Below are positions 25,574 through 37,604 of a stretch of 64,000 nt of DNA, piece by piece; the stretch's first letter is position 1; every line of letters starts with the position of its first letter. The position numbers and the translations under genes are program-made. The stretch is from the NCBI RefSeq assembly GCF_006345805.1, contig NC_043014.1, positions 34,534,001 through 34,598,000 of the forward strand. The letters are read 5' to 3'. This stretch comes from Octopus sinensis (taxonomy: Eukaryota). The notes under the pieces are model-generated. The model saw only the letters and a program-made list of their open reading frames with translations. It ran no database searches and was not told the origin of the DNA.

Positions 25574-25826
25574 ATTATTTACATTATTTACATTTGATGG
25601 ATATTTATCCTCATCTTGTTTATTGTTAACACAACATTTCAGCTGATATACTGTCCAGCCTTCATCAGGTGTCTTGGGGAAATTTCGAACCTGGGTTCTC
25701 ATTCCTAAGGTATTTTTCGATATTATTATTATTATTATTAGTATTATTGTTCAGGTCATTGCTTGAAATCGAACTCAGAATCTTGGGGTTAGTAGCCCGC
25801 GCTCTTAACCACTATGCCATATGCCC
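25574..25826 (-). mobile_element. tRNA-headed SINE-like element carrying a minimal hammerhead ribozyme motif
   Basis: Minus: GGGCATATGGCATAGTGGTTAAGAGCGCGGGCTACTAACCCC..GAGTTCGATT (A/B boxes), (AAT)n, then GACAC-CTGATGA-A-GGCTG..CAGCT-GAAAT-GTT-GTGTT, then tail AATGTAAAT x2. Confidence 0.75.
25628..25673 (-). ncRNA. Minimal type I hammerhead ribozyme motif (probably CpG-decayed)
   Basis: Core CUGAUGA (25668-25662) and GAAA (25640-25637); helix II GGCUG/CAGCU; helix I GACAC/GUGUU; loopless helix III. Confidence 0.6.
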
Positions 25827-26694
25827 ATGGGTGTAACAGAAGGTGTAACTGATGTTAAAACTATTTCATGCCTATATCACTTATCTATCGTTCTATCTCT
25901 CTCTCTCTCTTCCTCTCACATAGTAAATATCATCAAAAAGAAGGATAGACCTTCAAATGACCACTCAATTAGTATTGACTAACTACAAACTGAAGCCTTC
26001 ACTGCCACAGTTATAATCTGTCCAAACATAAGACAATTCTCACAGGCTCAATCCACCTAAATGTAAATAAGTACCATAGTAGGTACAGCTCACTATGGTG
26101 TGCAGCAAGGTCATTTTCTGCTTAATGAGTATTCTAATTAGCCAAGTGAAGTGATGCTAAGCCCAAATTTTAGATATGATTCAAAGGGGCAAGATAAAGG
26201 AATCTATCTCCAGACTATGTAAAAATGAAATTTACAACAGCCTCTACAGGTTCCATTATCAATCTCCATCCTCCTTCATACTCTTGCTTCTTTCACCTTG
26301 TCCCCTTCTTCTCCCAGTTCATTTTCTGTGATCAACTTCTCTTCTACCCATTCTGTTGGTCAATGTTACTCTGAATGAATGGAGTCAATGAAGCATAGTG
26401 AGAACCCTTTTGTTAGAAGGCAACATCTCTAGAGCTGATGCTGCGAAAAAAAAAATACACCTGGTACATTCTGTGAAGTGGTTAGTATTAAGAAGAGCAT
26501 CCACTTATGCAACTGTGCCAAAATAGAGCGTATGAGCAAAATGTGATCCCTTGACTGAACTATGAAATCAGGAACATCAAGTAAGAATTTACTCAAATTG
26601 TGTTGACTTATACAACATGGAAAGCATAAAAAGTGGGTAAAAAAAAAATTTTATATATATTTATTTCTAAATATATTTTGATATCTTTTGGAAA

Positions 26695-26885
26695 GATGTT
26701 TCTTTATTAGCCACACAGGGCTGGACACAGACGGGACAAATTACAAAGTAGAGCTTTTCTTTTTGGGGAGAAAAAACAAAAAAGTTGGGTAGGTTTTTCA
26801 ATCAAAAGGGATCGTAGAAGGGAAGAAAAAAAAGGGGAAAAGAAGAAAAAAAGAAAAGAAAAAAAACGATCAATAGGGATAGACA
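26695..26885 (-). mobile_element. LINE-like 3' end (family H); second copy about 52605-52770
   Basis: The two copies share TTTA.T.GCCA..CAGGGCTG.ACACAGA.GGGAC.AA.TACAAAGTAGAGCTTT and ATCAAAAGGGATC. Minus end ...GTGGCTAATAAAGA. Confidence 0.55.
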
Positions 26886-28049
26886 AATGCCTTGCAATAT
26901 TTAGTTTGGCTCCTGCTGAGTTTGCCTTTCTCCAGTACTGGGATCAATTAATTGATTTTTATTCTTCCCCAAAATGTGTGACTTTGTACTGTGGTTAGAA
27001 ATCATTATTGTCTTGTTAAATAAGAAGTAGAATCAGTTCTTTAAGTCTGTTTGTAACTTCATAGGCACCTAAAGTAATTAGCAAAAGTGTAGTAAAAACC
27101 ATCAAGGAATATTTAAGATTGACAACTGTAGTAGTAGTAGTAGCAATAGTTTACAATATTACAATATTTAATTTCATCTTGCTGTGATCTAAGTTTAGAT
27201 CTTTCCAAGATGTTTTTTTTCTTTTTTTTTTTCATTTAATTTCTCTAGTTACCTTGAAAATGTACCTATTCCATTGTCACTACTGGTCTTCATTTGTAAA
27301 TCTGTAGTAACGAAAGAGTTAAGCCCTCTCAGGAGAAATCAGTTTACTTGCACCAATTCACAAGGCCTCACAGTTTTCTCAGAGGAAACAGGATTGAAAC
27401 TTGTTTCCTTTTTTTTTTTTCTGTTATATAACAGACAAAAATCAACTGAATCTTTCTTCTTTATTTACAAATCTTAAAATACAGGTGGAATGATTCAGCA
27501 GAAAATTTGTTGATCCAAGTTCCCAAACAAATTAATCTAGAATATTTTTTCTAACTGTCATTTTCTTTTTAACCTCTGAAGTAAGTTTAGTTGAATGAAA
27601 GAAAGGATTCATGACTGTCATATTTATCAATACACCTGTCTGGCTGTTATTTTATTTATCTTTTATTTTGTTTCACAAGTAATTTGAAACGAGTAACTTA
27701 GTATAGAATGAGTCAGCAAAATTTAACGCAATCACAATGATTGTCACTTTTATTAGCTTTGGTTTTATGGGATATTCTTTACAGTTTATCAGTTGCTGAG
27801 TGTTTTTGTTATTGTTGTTCAGCCCACAGATTTACCTTGACTAAGGTGCCTATAATCAAAGTTATTCCAGCCATAGCCATATACTCTTTTTGGTAGCCCA
27901 GAGATTACATAAGTAATTGAAGGAAATTTGATTAATATGTCAAGAAAGTATTGTAATCAGAGACAGGTTCCCTGTTTTGTTTGTGTAAAGATTTTGGAAT
28001 TAGTGTATTACTGAAATATTGAGTGAAACTTGAGTAGATAAAGGAATTG

Positions 28050-28452
28050 GGATCTTTTCGGTTTGACCGGCAGTTTTTTAAAATAATTTCCACGTAACTA
28101 AACACTTTTAAACTTCGTATACTGGTAGAATGTGTTTATAAAACATCTTTTTCTCTTGGCTTTATTAAGAAAATTCTATAGTTTGTAAGATATTTGTTGT
28201 TGTTTTTCTTCAATTTCTGCAATTTCAACCAATCAATGACGTCTATTGAGGTGAAAACATTGTGCCGAATGAATATGTCCCTCGTTTAAGAAACAGATTG
28301 GGTTTATTTACATTTGTGAAGAAAAAAAGATACCCTTCCCCCTAACCCTAAAACAGATTGAAATGCAATAGATCGATACTAGGGTCATAATTATGGGTGA
28401 CAATTTCATATGACACCACTAGAAAAAACTGCCGTTCAAACCGAGAAGATCC
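28050..28452. mobile_element. MITE with GGATCTTTTCGGTTTGA.CGGCAGTTTTT terminal inverted repeats
   Basis: Right end AAAAACTGCCGTTCAAACCGAGAAGATCC; related copy at 62130-62450. Superfamily not assigned. Confidence 0.8.
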
Positions 28453-28801
28453 AGAAATTGCATGACCAATGCAGAGGTCAAGCCTAAGATACTCCAACAA
28501 GTGTTTAATAGTATAGTCATTCTTGGAATACACTTAATGATACACAACTCAGTTCACCTGTACCAGATTGTAACATCTGGGAATGTTAGATACTCTGTCC
28601 AGATGGGTTCCACTCTTACATACTTAGCATCATAAAAATGGAGTTTAGTACAAGCTCCTTTAACTCTGAATACCAACTAGCTTCAGATCACCTATGCCAA
28701 AATATTCCTGCTTAAATTCAGATCTTGATTAAAATCTTTTAAGATGAATGATATGAGATTTTAGTTGGTCAATACTAACATAATATAAATCAGTAATAAC
28801 T

Positions 28802-28964
28802 CTTTACTCTTTTACTTGTTTCAGTCATTTGACTGTGGCCATGCTGGAGCACCACCTTTAGTCGAGCAAATTGACCCCAGGACTTATTCTTTGTAAGCCT
28901 AGTACTTATTCTATCGGTCTCTTTTGCCGAACCGCTAAGTTATTGGGACGTAAACACACAAACG

Positions 28965-29011
<47 letters not shown>

Positions 29012-29180
29012 TTACATATATACGACGGGCTTCTTTCAGTTTCCGTCTACCAAATCCACTCACAAGGCTTTGGTCGGCCTGAGGCTATAGTAGAAGACAC
29101 TTGCCCAAGGTGCCACGTAGTGGGACTGAACCCTGAACCATGTGGTCGGTAAGCAAGCTACTTACCACACAGCCACTCCT
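28802..29180 (-). mobile_element. SINE family B, full length
   Basis: Same consensus as 6742-7138. Confidence 0.9.
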
Positions 29181-29689
29181 ACACCTGGTTACAGATATTT
29201 ATCAAATCCTCACCAATATCTTGATTACATAAATAATTAAAACAGATATTTTACTCATTAGAAGAATATAAAAAAAAGGGGGCAACAAAAGGGTTATTGG
29301 GACAACTGGATGTAGGCACTACAGAAATTCGTAAGCAAGGAAGGCAATTAGCAACAAGCAAAGAAGATCAGACTCATCAACATCGTTTTTCATATCCACT
29401 TTTTTATGTATGAATGGGTCCTTTCCAACACACTGTCTTGCCATTTGTTGCATTTCTTTGTCATCTCCTTTGTGAAGTTCAACAGTTTCAGCTCAGATTT
29501 TATCACTTCTGACCATTTCTTCTTTCTCTCCCTCCAATCAATCCTTCTGGCACTTCTTTACCTGTCTGCTATCATCCACATGCATTACATGTCTGCATTC
29601 TTGCACACTACAACTGATACTTCTTATAGCCAATTTATCTTTCAGCTAATCTGTACCATGTTGTTCATACATATTAACATGATATAGAT

Positions 29690-30120
29690 ATACTTACTTC
29701 ATTTCCCACCAACCATTGCACATCCTCTGTATTCACTACCATGCAGCATAGCACTTCATACACAGGCAACATACGATCTGCTCTTCACTCGAAGAGAGAA
29801 TCCCCTTATTGTTAGTAGATGCAATAGTTTCTTGAACTTTTTTCCACCTTGTCTTTATTCTAACAACTATGCTTTCAGAGCACCATCCTCCGGTGTTGCT
29901 TAACCTGCCAAGGTAACAGAAGCTATCAACTATTTCTATAGAGCCTTCCAAACATAAAAGGGAATTCCTTCTACTACTGTTCTAACAACTAACTACTCTT
30001 GTATGTCAGCCACTCACCATCAGCCTGCCTGTGACCTTTTGTGCACCCATAATTCATAATCTGTACATGCTACAGAGTTCATACCTATTTCTTTTCTGCA
30101 TATTGGACAGAACCCTTTTG
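29690..30120 (-). mobile_element. RTE LINE ORF2 relic
   Basis: EGSIEIVDSFCYLG..GGWCSESIVVRIKTRWKK (RTE post-RT region; intact pattern FRYLG..GGCSES..ARI..AW.KF); upstream C..C.LW.HKR-like segment. Confidence 0.75.
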
Positions 30121-30567
30121 CTGATGGCAGTAAAATCCTATCTTTTTTTCCTACTTACTAAAACTTTGAGCTTCATCAAATTTTTCTAGAGACTTTTCAA
30201 TTTACATATGACAGTTTTTCTAGCCTGAAAAATAATATCCACGCCAAATTCATATCAGTATATGCTTTAGCAAAATAAATGCCTTCTACTAATAGAAGTT
30301 GAGTAATAGAAACAGTAGTTCTTATTAGCAAACTACAAAAATTAATGAACTGTTTATTGGATATGTCATTAAACCAGTTGATAACTTACATAAGATAAAA
30401 ATGCTATCTAGACGGTCTGTTTGATGTCAACACAGGTGCTGCTGATGCCGAGATTCAGACCTAATTAGTTAGTATCTACTTTTTGTAATTAAGGATTAGT
30501 TCCCTAGCACTGAATATGGAATGTATTGAGCTGACGGTCACTTTGCATTAATTGATTGCAATCATAG

Positions 30568-30723
30568 CAGTGCCATCTTAAGGCATGGGCACATTGGACA
30601 TTAGATAGTTGTTCAGGGGTCTCACAAGTCTAGGGGCCCTTGTCTGACTTGCTGTCTATAAATATTACAGGACCTAGTGCATGGATTTGCTTGGGGGCCC
30701 ATTATACTTCTAAGATGGCCCTG
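30568..30723. mobile_element. hAT-type MITE
   Basis: TIRs CAGTGCCATCTTAAG / CTAAGATGGCCCTG; 8-bp flanks AATCATAG / ATCCATAG. Confidence 0.65.
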
Positions 30724-30849
30724 ATCCATAGTCAATGGATAGGATGGAAAATGAACTTATAATTCTATTTAAAAGAGTGTTTCCTTCACTATTAGTACTG
30801 GTCAGCAAACTGTTGGTTTCTTAGTGGTTACCATTAACATTTTAATGTA

Positions 30850-31322
30850 ATTATTTTCCATTTCATAGACCAAATGAAATTTTAAACTATGTGAGTAAAT
30901 ATTTAACTCTAGGAGCATTAAAATGAATTTAGTTAGAAGCATCTCATTAAGGCTCCCAACTATTTCTGTGAAGAAGGAAATAATAATAATAATAATGGGG
31001 TTTGAATAATTCATCTCTGGAAGCATTGGTATTTCGTTCATCATTCTTAAATGAACCTTATTCAGGGACTTTTTGAGCGGAATGGGCTATTCAACCAGAA
31101 GAAAATTCTAACTGGGCCACACCTGCAAGGTCATGTGCTGTTTATCTTGATATAAGATCACCATGTCATGTGCATATGGTTGTGATGCATGGGCCTGGTG
31201 TACCCTTATCAGATGGGTAGTCATGATGGGTATATTGGGCTTCATATAGTTGTACCTCAGTGTCTCTTTGATGGTATACACTGCTCTCCCATTCAATAAT
31301 AATAATAATAATAAATAATAAT
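30850..31322 (+). mobile_element. Interspersed repeat family G ending in (AAT)n; second copy about 50222-50672
   Basis: Both copies share GAAAATTCTAACTGGGCC.CACCT.CAAGG..CTTGATAT..TGGTTGT.ATG..GT.CCT.TTATCAGA..TATTGGGC..CTGCTCTC.CA.TCAATAA. Confidence 0.7.
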
Positions 31323-31324
31323 AA

Positions 31325-31752
31325 AGGACAGCAACTTTGGGGGAGGGGATGAGTGAATTATATCAACCCATGTTTAACTAGTACTTATTTTATCAACCCC
31401 AAAAGGATGAAAGGCGAAGCCAACCTCGTTGGAATTTGAACTCAGAATGTAGTGACGAGCGAAATACCACTAAGCATTTCATGCAGTGTGCTAGTGATTC
31501 TTCCAGCTTGTCACCTTATTATAATAATAGTAATAATTATTTCAAATTTTTGCTACAACAGAAGCTTGTAGGAGGTGAGAATGAGTCGATTACATTGACC
31601 CCAGTGTTCAACTGGTACTTATTTTATTGACCGCGTGAGGATGAAAGGTAAAGTTGGCCTTGGCAGAATTTGAACTCTGAACATAGCGATGGGCGAAATA
31701 CTGCTAAGCATTTCGTCCAGCATGCTAATGATTCTGCCAGCTCACTGCCTTA
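31325..31752 (-). mobile_element. Two head-to-tail SINE A2 copies separated by (AAT)n
   Basis: Each has GGATGAAAGG..GAATTTGAACTC..CTAAGCATTTC..CCAGCT. Confidence 0.75.
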
Positions 31753-31859
31753 TTATGATAATAATAATAATAATAATAATAATAATTAATAGTTGTTGTT
31801 GTTGTCATCATCATCAAAAAGTGTATTACATAAATAATAGAGAGATGTACTATAAAAAT

Positions 31860-32470
31860 AAAAATAGATGCAGATGTACAACATAGCTCAACCCACCTTT
31901 CAACATGAAGGTGGCTACATCAATGGCAAGAGTTTTTTTTTGTGTTTGATAGGTTGAAGATTTTATCATTAATAGGATCATGGTGAAACAATTATATTGG
32001 ACTACATCCAGTTTCAATAGAAACAGCAAAATAGATAATAAAAATCGTTGTAAAGTTAGAGGTCCAAACAATAATTGTAATTTCATTAAACATTTGTACG
32101 ATGACAAATTATTGTATAAATTACTGAATTATTGTATAAATGTCCTGTTAAAATTTGTCAGTCTACAAATGATAGATAATACATTTAAGATGATATATAA
32201 TATACAACATCATTTATTTTGAAATAAGGCCAGAAAAAAGTAGCTAAGCTGTTGGCTTATATTTGGGAGCTGAAGAAATCCATTATTCATTATGAATTGA
32301 ATTGGAGCTAAGTAGTGGATGGTAAAATGTATAAGAGGAATAGATATCTATGTCATTTGCATATCATGAACACCTTGAGCGTATTCTTTTCTAAGGATGA
32401 CCTACTGAATAGGAATCCTGAAAAGACAGTTATTTCCTGCCTCCTGGAAGTTGATTGTAATTTATTCATG
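31860..32470 (+). mobile_element. Second, more degenerate Penelope-like GIY-YIG relic
   Basis: LNPPFNMKVATSMARVFF.FDR ... NRCKVRGPNNNC..LLYK ... NTFKMIYN..HLF ... LAYIWELKK..HYELNW..VVDGKMY..LCHL..DLLNRNPE. Confidence 0.65.
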
Positions 32471-33177
32471 AAACCATATAAATTTTTGAGTTCTTTTTTT
32501 TATATTTATATTTTTATATATATATATAAAATCACCTCCTTTCTGTACATTCAACCACTGCTCTTTTTCCCCCTTCCCTGTACTCCATTCTAAATACCAC
32601 TCTTATCTGCTATCATTCTCAATGCATTCTCATATCTATCATCATGGCTCACCTACTATAGACCCTTATATATCTCTATACCTCCTTCTCCATTGTTCTT
32701 ACATCTTGCACATCAACCCACTATTTTCTGTTCTATTCTCCTTCCTGAGCCACTCTTATTTATCTCCCCATACACCTTTAAATACTGGCATTTCCTATTA
32801 TCTGCAGCCCTTTTCTAATTCATCACTCATTACAATAACCTCTACCTCCAACTATTTACCCCTTCCTCACATTCTTAAGAAAGCATCCACTCTCTCATCC
32901 TCTCCCATAACCCAATGTCTGTGTCATATACACCCCTTGTTGCTTGAGAGTTTGCTCTGGTATCCCACCACTACCTACCCCTTATCTCTATCAGCCATAT
33001 ATCCCCTTTATATCAAGACACCTTTGCTTATTTCTCTATCATACTTTAGCTTTTTGACACCTGGCATACAGCCACCCACCTCCAACTTCCTGTCCCAAAT
33101 ACTACCTCTTCATAATGGGAGCTTTTTCATTTTTCTTTTTCTATGTTCTTTTCTATCTTGCAAGCTATATGACAACC

Positions 33178-33368
33178 TCACTAGTGCTGGTGGCATGAAA
33201 AAACGCACCCAGTACATTCTGTAAAGTTGTTGGTATTGGGAAAGGCATCCAGCCATAGAAACTATGCCAAAGATGACACTGGAGCTCAACGCAGCCCTAT
33301 AGCTCACCAGTTCCCTGTTTAATCACCATGCCCATGCCAGGAAGGAAAGCAGCCGTTAACTAATGATA
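33178..33368 (+). mobile_element. Family C 3' end, preceded by a pyrimidine-rich body from about 32580
   Basis: AGTGCTGGTGGCATGAAAAAACGCACCCAGTACA..GAAAGGCATCCAGCCATAGAAAC. Confidence 0.6.
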
Positions 33369-33821
33369 TATGAATGTTCAGTAAGGAAGACAAAACAATT
33401 TCAGCCAACACAAGACGACTAAAGGAGAATGTTCAAAACAAACACAACCAGTTGGACTGCAAAAACACATCACAAACCTACAAAACAAATACAAAGCTAG
33501 TACAACGATATAGTTGCAGAACTGGTTACCTATATATGAATATGTAAGAGTAATTAGTTTTGTTTGTTGTTTACAATATAAAGTACAAATTAATGTTTTC
33601 TACATGATGACAGGCATGTATAAGTTAATTTATTCAACATGATGATGACTTGTGTATCTTTAGACCTGTGGCTGTTTCACAGAGGAGAATGCAGATGATG
33701 TGTCAAACGAATACTATTTTGAGCAGCCTGGACATGACAATGACTAGTTAAGCCAGTATTTGACTTTGCAGCAAGATCACAGTTAGCACAAGGATAGTTT
33801 GCAAAATGATTAACATTTGTA

Positions 33822-34318
33822 TACAGTACCATGCCAAAGTCTTCGGCCACTTTAAACTATTGTAAATTTCTACTAATTGCCAACTTATAAATGGATGTTT
33901 CACATTGCGTTTTTTATGGATGAAATTTTGGCCCTGTTGGAGTCATTTCCATACCTAATCATTATATTGTGTAGTAGGGGTTCTGAATGAGAGGCGAAGA
34001 TGCAAGATGACCACCAAAAGTGGCTGTGCCAAAGGTTTTGGCCACCTCACATAAACCAATCAAGAACACAGTGGGTTTTAAACAGAAAAATGTCTATGAT
34101 GAAAATTTATTATATAATGATCATTTCAAGAAGTTACTGTACATTGTTAACATTTTCTGTGGCTTTCCATAGCTTAAATAATTGCTTTGATGTGCCTGGG
34201 AAGAGAAGCGTACAAATCGTTCATGATCTTCACAGGTATGAGATGCCATTCTCTGTGGCTGAGATCCCACAACTCTTCAAGATTGCATGGATTCTTCTGA
34301 CAAACTCTTCTCTTTAGT
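33822..34318 (-). mobile_element. Tc1 transposon 3' relic
   Basis: Minus translation RNPCNLEELWDLSHREWHLIPVKIMNDLYASLPRHIKAII*AMG (Tc1 C-terminus); TIR-like TACAGT..GCCAAAGT..GGCCAC at 33822. Confidence 0.6.
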
Positions 34319-34339
34319 TTATATATATATATATATATA

Positions 34340-34710
34340 TTCTTTTATTCGTTTCAATCATTTGACTGTGGCCATGCTAGAGCACTGTCTTTAGTCAAAC
34401 AAATCGACCCCAGGACTTATTCTTTGTAAGCTTAGTACTTATTCTATCAGTCACTTTTGCTGAACCACTAAGTTACGGGGACATAATCACACCAGCATCG
34501 GTTGTCAAGCAAGGTTAGGGGGACAAACACACAAACATATATATATATATACGATGGGCTTCTTTCAGTTTCCGTCCCCAAAATCCACTCACAAGGCTTT
34601 GGTTGGCCCAAGGCTATAGAAGACACTTGCCCCTGGTGCCACGCAGTAGGACTGAACCCAGAACCATGTGGTTGGTAAGCAAGTCACTTACCACGCAGTC
34701 ATTCCTGCGT
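34340..34710 (-). mobile_element. SINE family B
   Basis: Same consensus as the other B copies. Confidence 0.85.
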
Positions 34711-34738
34711 CTCTGTCTCTCTCTTTCTTTCTCTGTGA

Positions 34739-34788
<50 letters not shown>

Positions 34789-35369
34789 TACACACACACA
34801 CACACAACACATACATATAAGAATATCATTGTAAAAATGTCTGAAATGAGAAAATGCGAGAACAGAGAGGAGTGAATGGTGTGAATGCAAAATACTGAAA
34901 GCACAGGTTCTATTGGACTGGACCTGTTGCAAGAGCACAGACAACAGGTGGACCTGTGCAGTTGCCTAGTGGTACCCAAGAGATCAGAAAAGGACCCCTA
35001 GGAAGGCCTCTATGATGATAGGAAGATGATTTAGTCAAATGATTTGGACCAAGATAGAAAAGAATGGTGCAATCAAGAAAGATTTAGAAGTACATTGTGA
35101 CCAGCAATGTATAACAACATCTAATAGTATATACATATAGGGGTTGGACAAAATAATGGAAACACATAGTATCCTAATTTTGAAATATCTATAAAACCAT
35201 CAAAAGCTTGTTTATTTTTATGTTTTTTGATTTATAATTAATGTTGCTTAGTATGTTGTGCTAAAATTTCTGTTTCTTTATAGATATGATCAGAAAAATG
35301 TAATTAAAATTCAATAGTGATGCACACACACACATGTATATAGATTGAGATAGATAGATTGAACAATTG

Positions 35370-35402
<33 letters not shown>

Positions 35403-35677
35403 TGTTAATCTAATAAAATTAAGTTACAGAATGGACATCTTTGTTCTGCTTATGGCTCATTGGATTTTTGAGGTAAAATGTAGATATTGACAAAACGTGT
35501 GCGTGGGAAAAGAAAAAAAAAATCAAACAATAACAGACAAGATTAAAAAATGAGTGTCAAGAAAAGCAGTTATTACATTCTTATTTAGTGTCTAAGATTA
35601 AGATGATTTCTGAGTATATGAGAGAGAAAAAAAAACTATATGTATAATAGATGTGTATATATATTTTTTATCTTTTA

Positions 35678-36035
35678 CTTGTATTAGTTATTGGACTGTG
35701 GCCATGCTGGAGCACTCTTTGAGGGGATTTTAGTTGAATAAATCAATCCCAGTACTTTTTTGTCTTTCTGAAGCCTGGTACTTATTCAATTGGTCTCTTT
35801 TACAAAACCACTAAGTTATGGGGACAGACATAACAACCAACACCAGTTGTCCAGGGGTAGTGGAGGACAAACACACATACAATGGGCATCTTTCAGTTTT
35901 TGTTAATTAAATGCACTCACAAGGCTTTGAATGGCCTGGGGCTATAATAGAAGACTTGCCCAAGGTACTTTGCAGTGGGACTAAACCCAGAACCATGTGG
36001 TTAGGAAGCAAGCTCCTTATCACACAGCCATGCCT
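35678..36035 (-). mobile_element. Older SINE family B copy
   Basis: TTTTACTTG..GGCCATGCTGGAGCAC..CACTCACAAGGCTTTG..ACTTGCCCAAGG..CCATGTGGTT. Confidence 0.7.
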
Positions 36036-36591
36036 ATAATGGATATACATATACATATACATATATAAACATACAGATATTTCATTCTGTGTTTCGTGAT
36101 TTGTGTGTTCACATTCCAAAAGGTTTTGCTTAATATATTATCCTAATCTAAATTTTGACGGTACCTTTAAAGTGAAAGAAATTTTAATTCCTGTCAATAA
36201 ATCCAAGGGAATCAAGAGATCAACTCTCTAGATTCACTTCAGCTATACACCCTAGCAAGAGCAACCTGTTACAATATTTTCCCTTGTCATTGCTTAGTTT
36301 TTCATTTTCTCTCTCCGACTATAAATTACAAAGAGATGTCAAGACTATCAATTCACAGATTGTATATTATAATATTATGCAATCCAGACATTAACCTGCA
36401 CATGAGATTAATGTAGCCAATGTTGGACATCAGGTGCATCAATTTCACTTGCCTGCAGAAGATAATGCTGATAAGATCGTGGGCATGTGCACTGTCATTC
36501 TTCTCAAGCTAACTTATTACAAAAATAAAAAGCAAAACAAATATATCACATGGATAAGATATTAACATTGCAAAAGTTAGTCCTCCTTCTC

Positions 36592-37008
36592 TTAATCCTT
36601 TAACATTCAGATTACCCAGTCGGATGTAATGCTTATTTATACACATTGTTTTGAATTAATCATGAATTATCTTGTAGTTTCACAATTTTGACCATGTGTT
36701 CATTTTTAGAAAGACATTGTAAAGTAAATGTGAGAAGCCAGCTCTAACTGATTTAAACATAAAAATAAAAAAAGAAAGAATATTTGGGCAGCATACAACT
36801 GGTTTAAACCATATCCAGCCCCAAAATTTTATGTGTTTTATGTTCAAACTGACCAGACTTGACTTCTCACACTTAGCCTACAATGTCATTCAAAAACTAA
36901 ACAATCATACCATCAGTGCTATGAAATAATACAGGATTAATCAAAATAAATAAACATTAAATTTGATAGAATAAGCTGATGCTAATTAGTTAAATGCCAA
37001 AGAGTTAA
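36592..37008. mobile_element. piggyBac-type MITE (second family)
   Basis: TTAATCCTTTAACATTCAG ... AAATGCCAAAGAGTTAA with TTAA ends; related copies at 44158-44364 and a fragment at about 22495. Confidence 0.65.
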
Positions 37009-37567
37009 AAATAGTCTAGTATCTATTCTTATAGCCAAAAAGAGAGAGGCAATGTGGAATAAAGTGTATTGCCCAAGGACATAATAATACGTTTAGTGTG
37101 GAACTCACTAAGGTATGAGTCAATAGTGAAATAAAGAGGAGTCGAGTGCATCTAGTTCATTAACTCAGGAGTCCATAATTACGATCGTTATCACCTAGCC
37201 ATGCCCTTCTGATTTGCATTGTGTGAATTAATTGATAAATTAGACATTTAAAAAAATTCTTTATCACGCATTTTGTGAACAATTTGCATTGTTGGTAGTC
37301 ATTGGTTTACTGCATTAATGATAAGAAAAGTGATGAGGGAATGCTTGTGCAACATGAGTGAAGTAAATACTACAAAGTACTTTCATCTGACGACAGAGGT
37401 GACTGAAAATGTTTTCATTAATGTGTATGTATTTTTTGCTGACATACATAAATATACACAGATACATACCTATACATACATAGACACACACATATACATG
37501 CATATATACATACATATTTATATACACTTACATACACACACATTCATATGCACTCACATACACACAC

Positions 37568-37600
<33 letters not shown>

Positions 37601-37604
<4 letters not shown>

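Noticed and set aside
28345-28356. CCCTAACCCTAA telomere-like motif
   Set aside because: Only two units, internal to a MITE; not an interstitial telomere.
32622-33224. 200-aa ORF, the longest non-microsatellite ORF on the plus strand
   Set aside because: It comes from a pyrimidine-rich repeat body running into a family C tail; L/S/P/H-biased with no recognisable domain.
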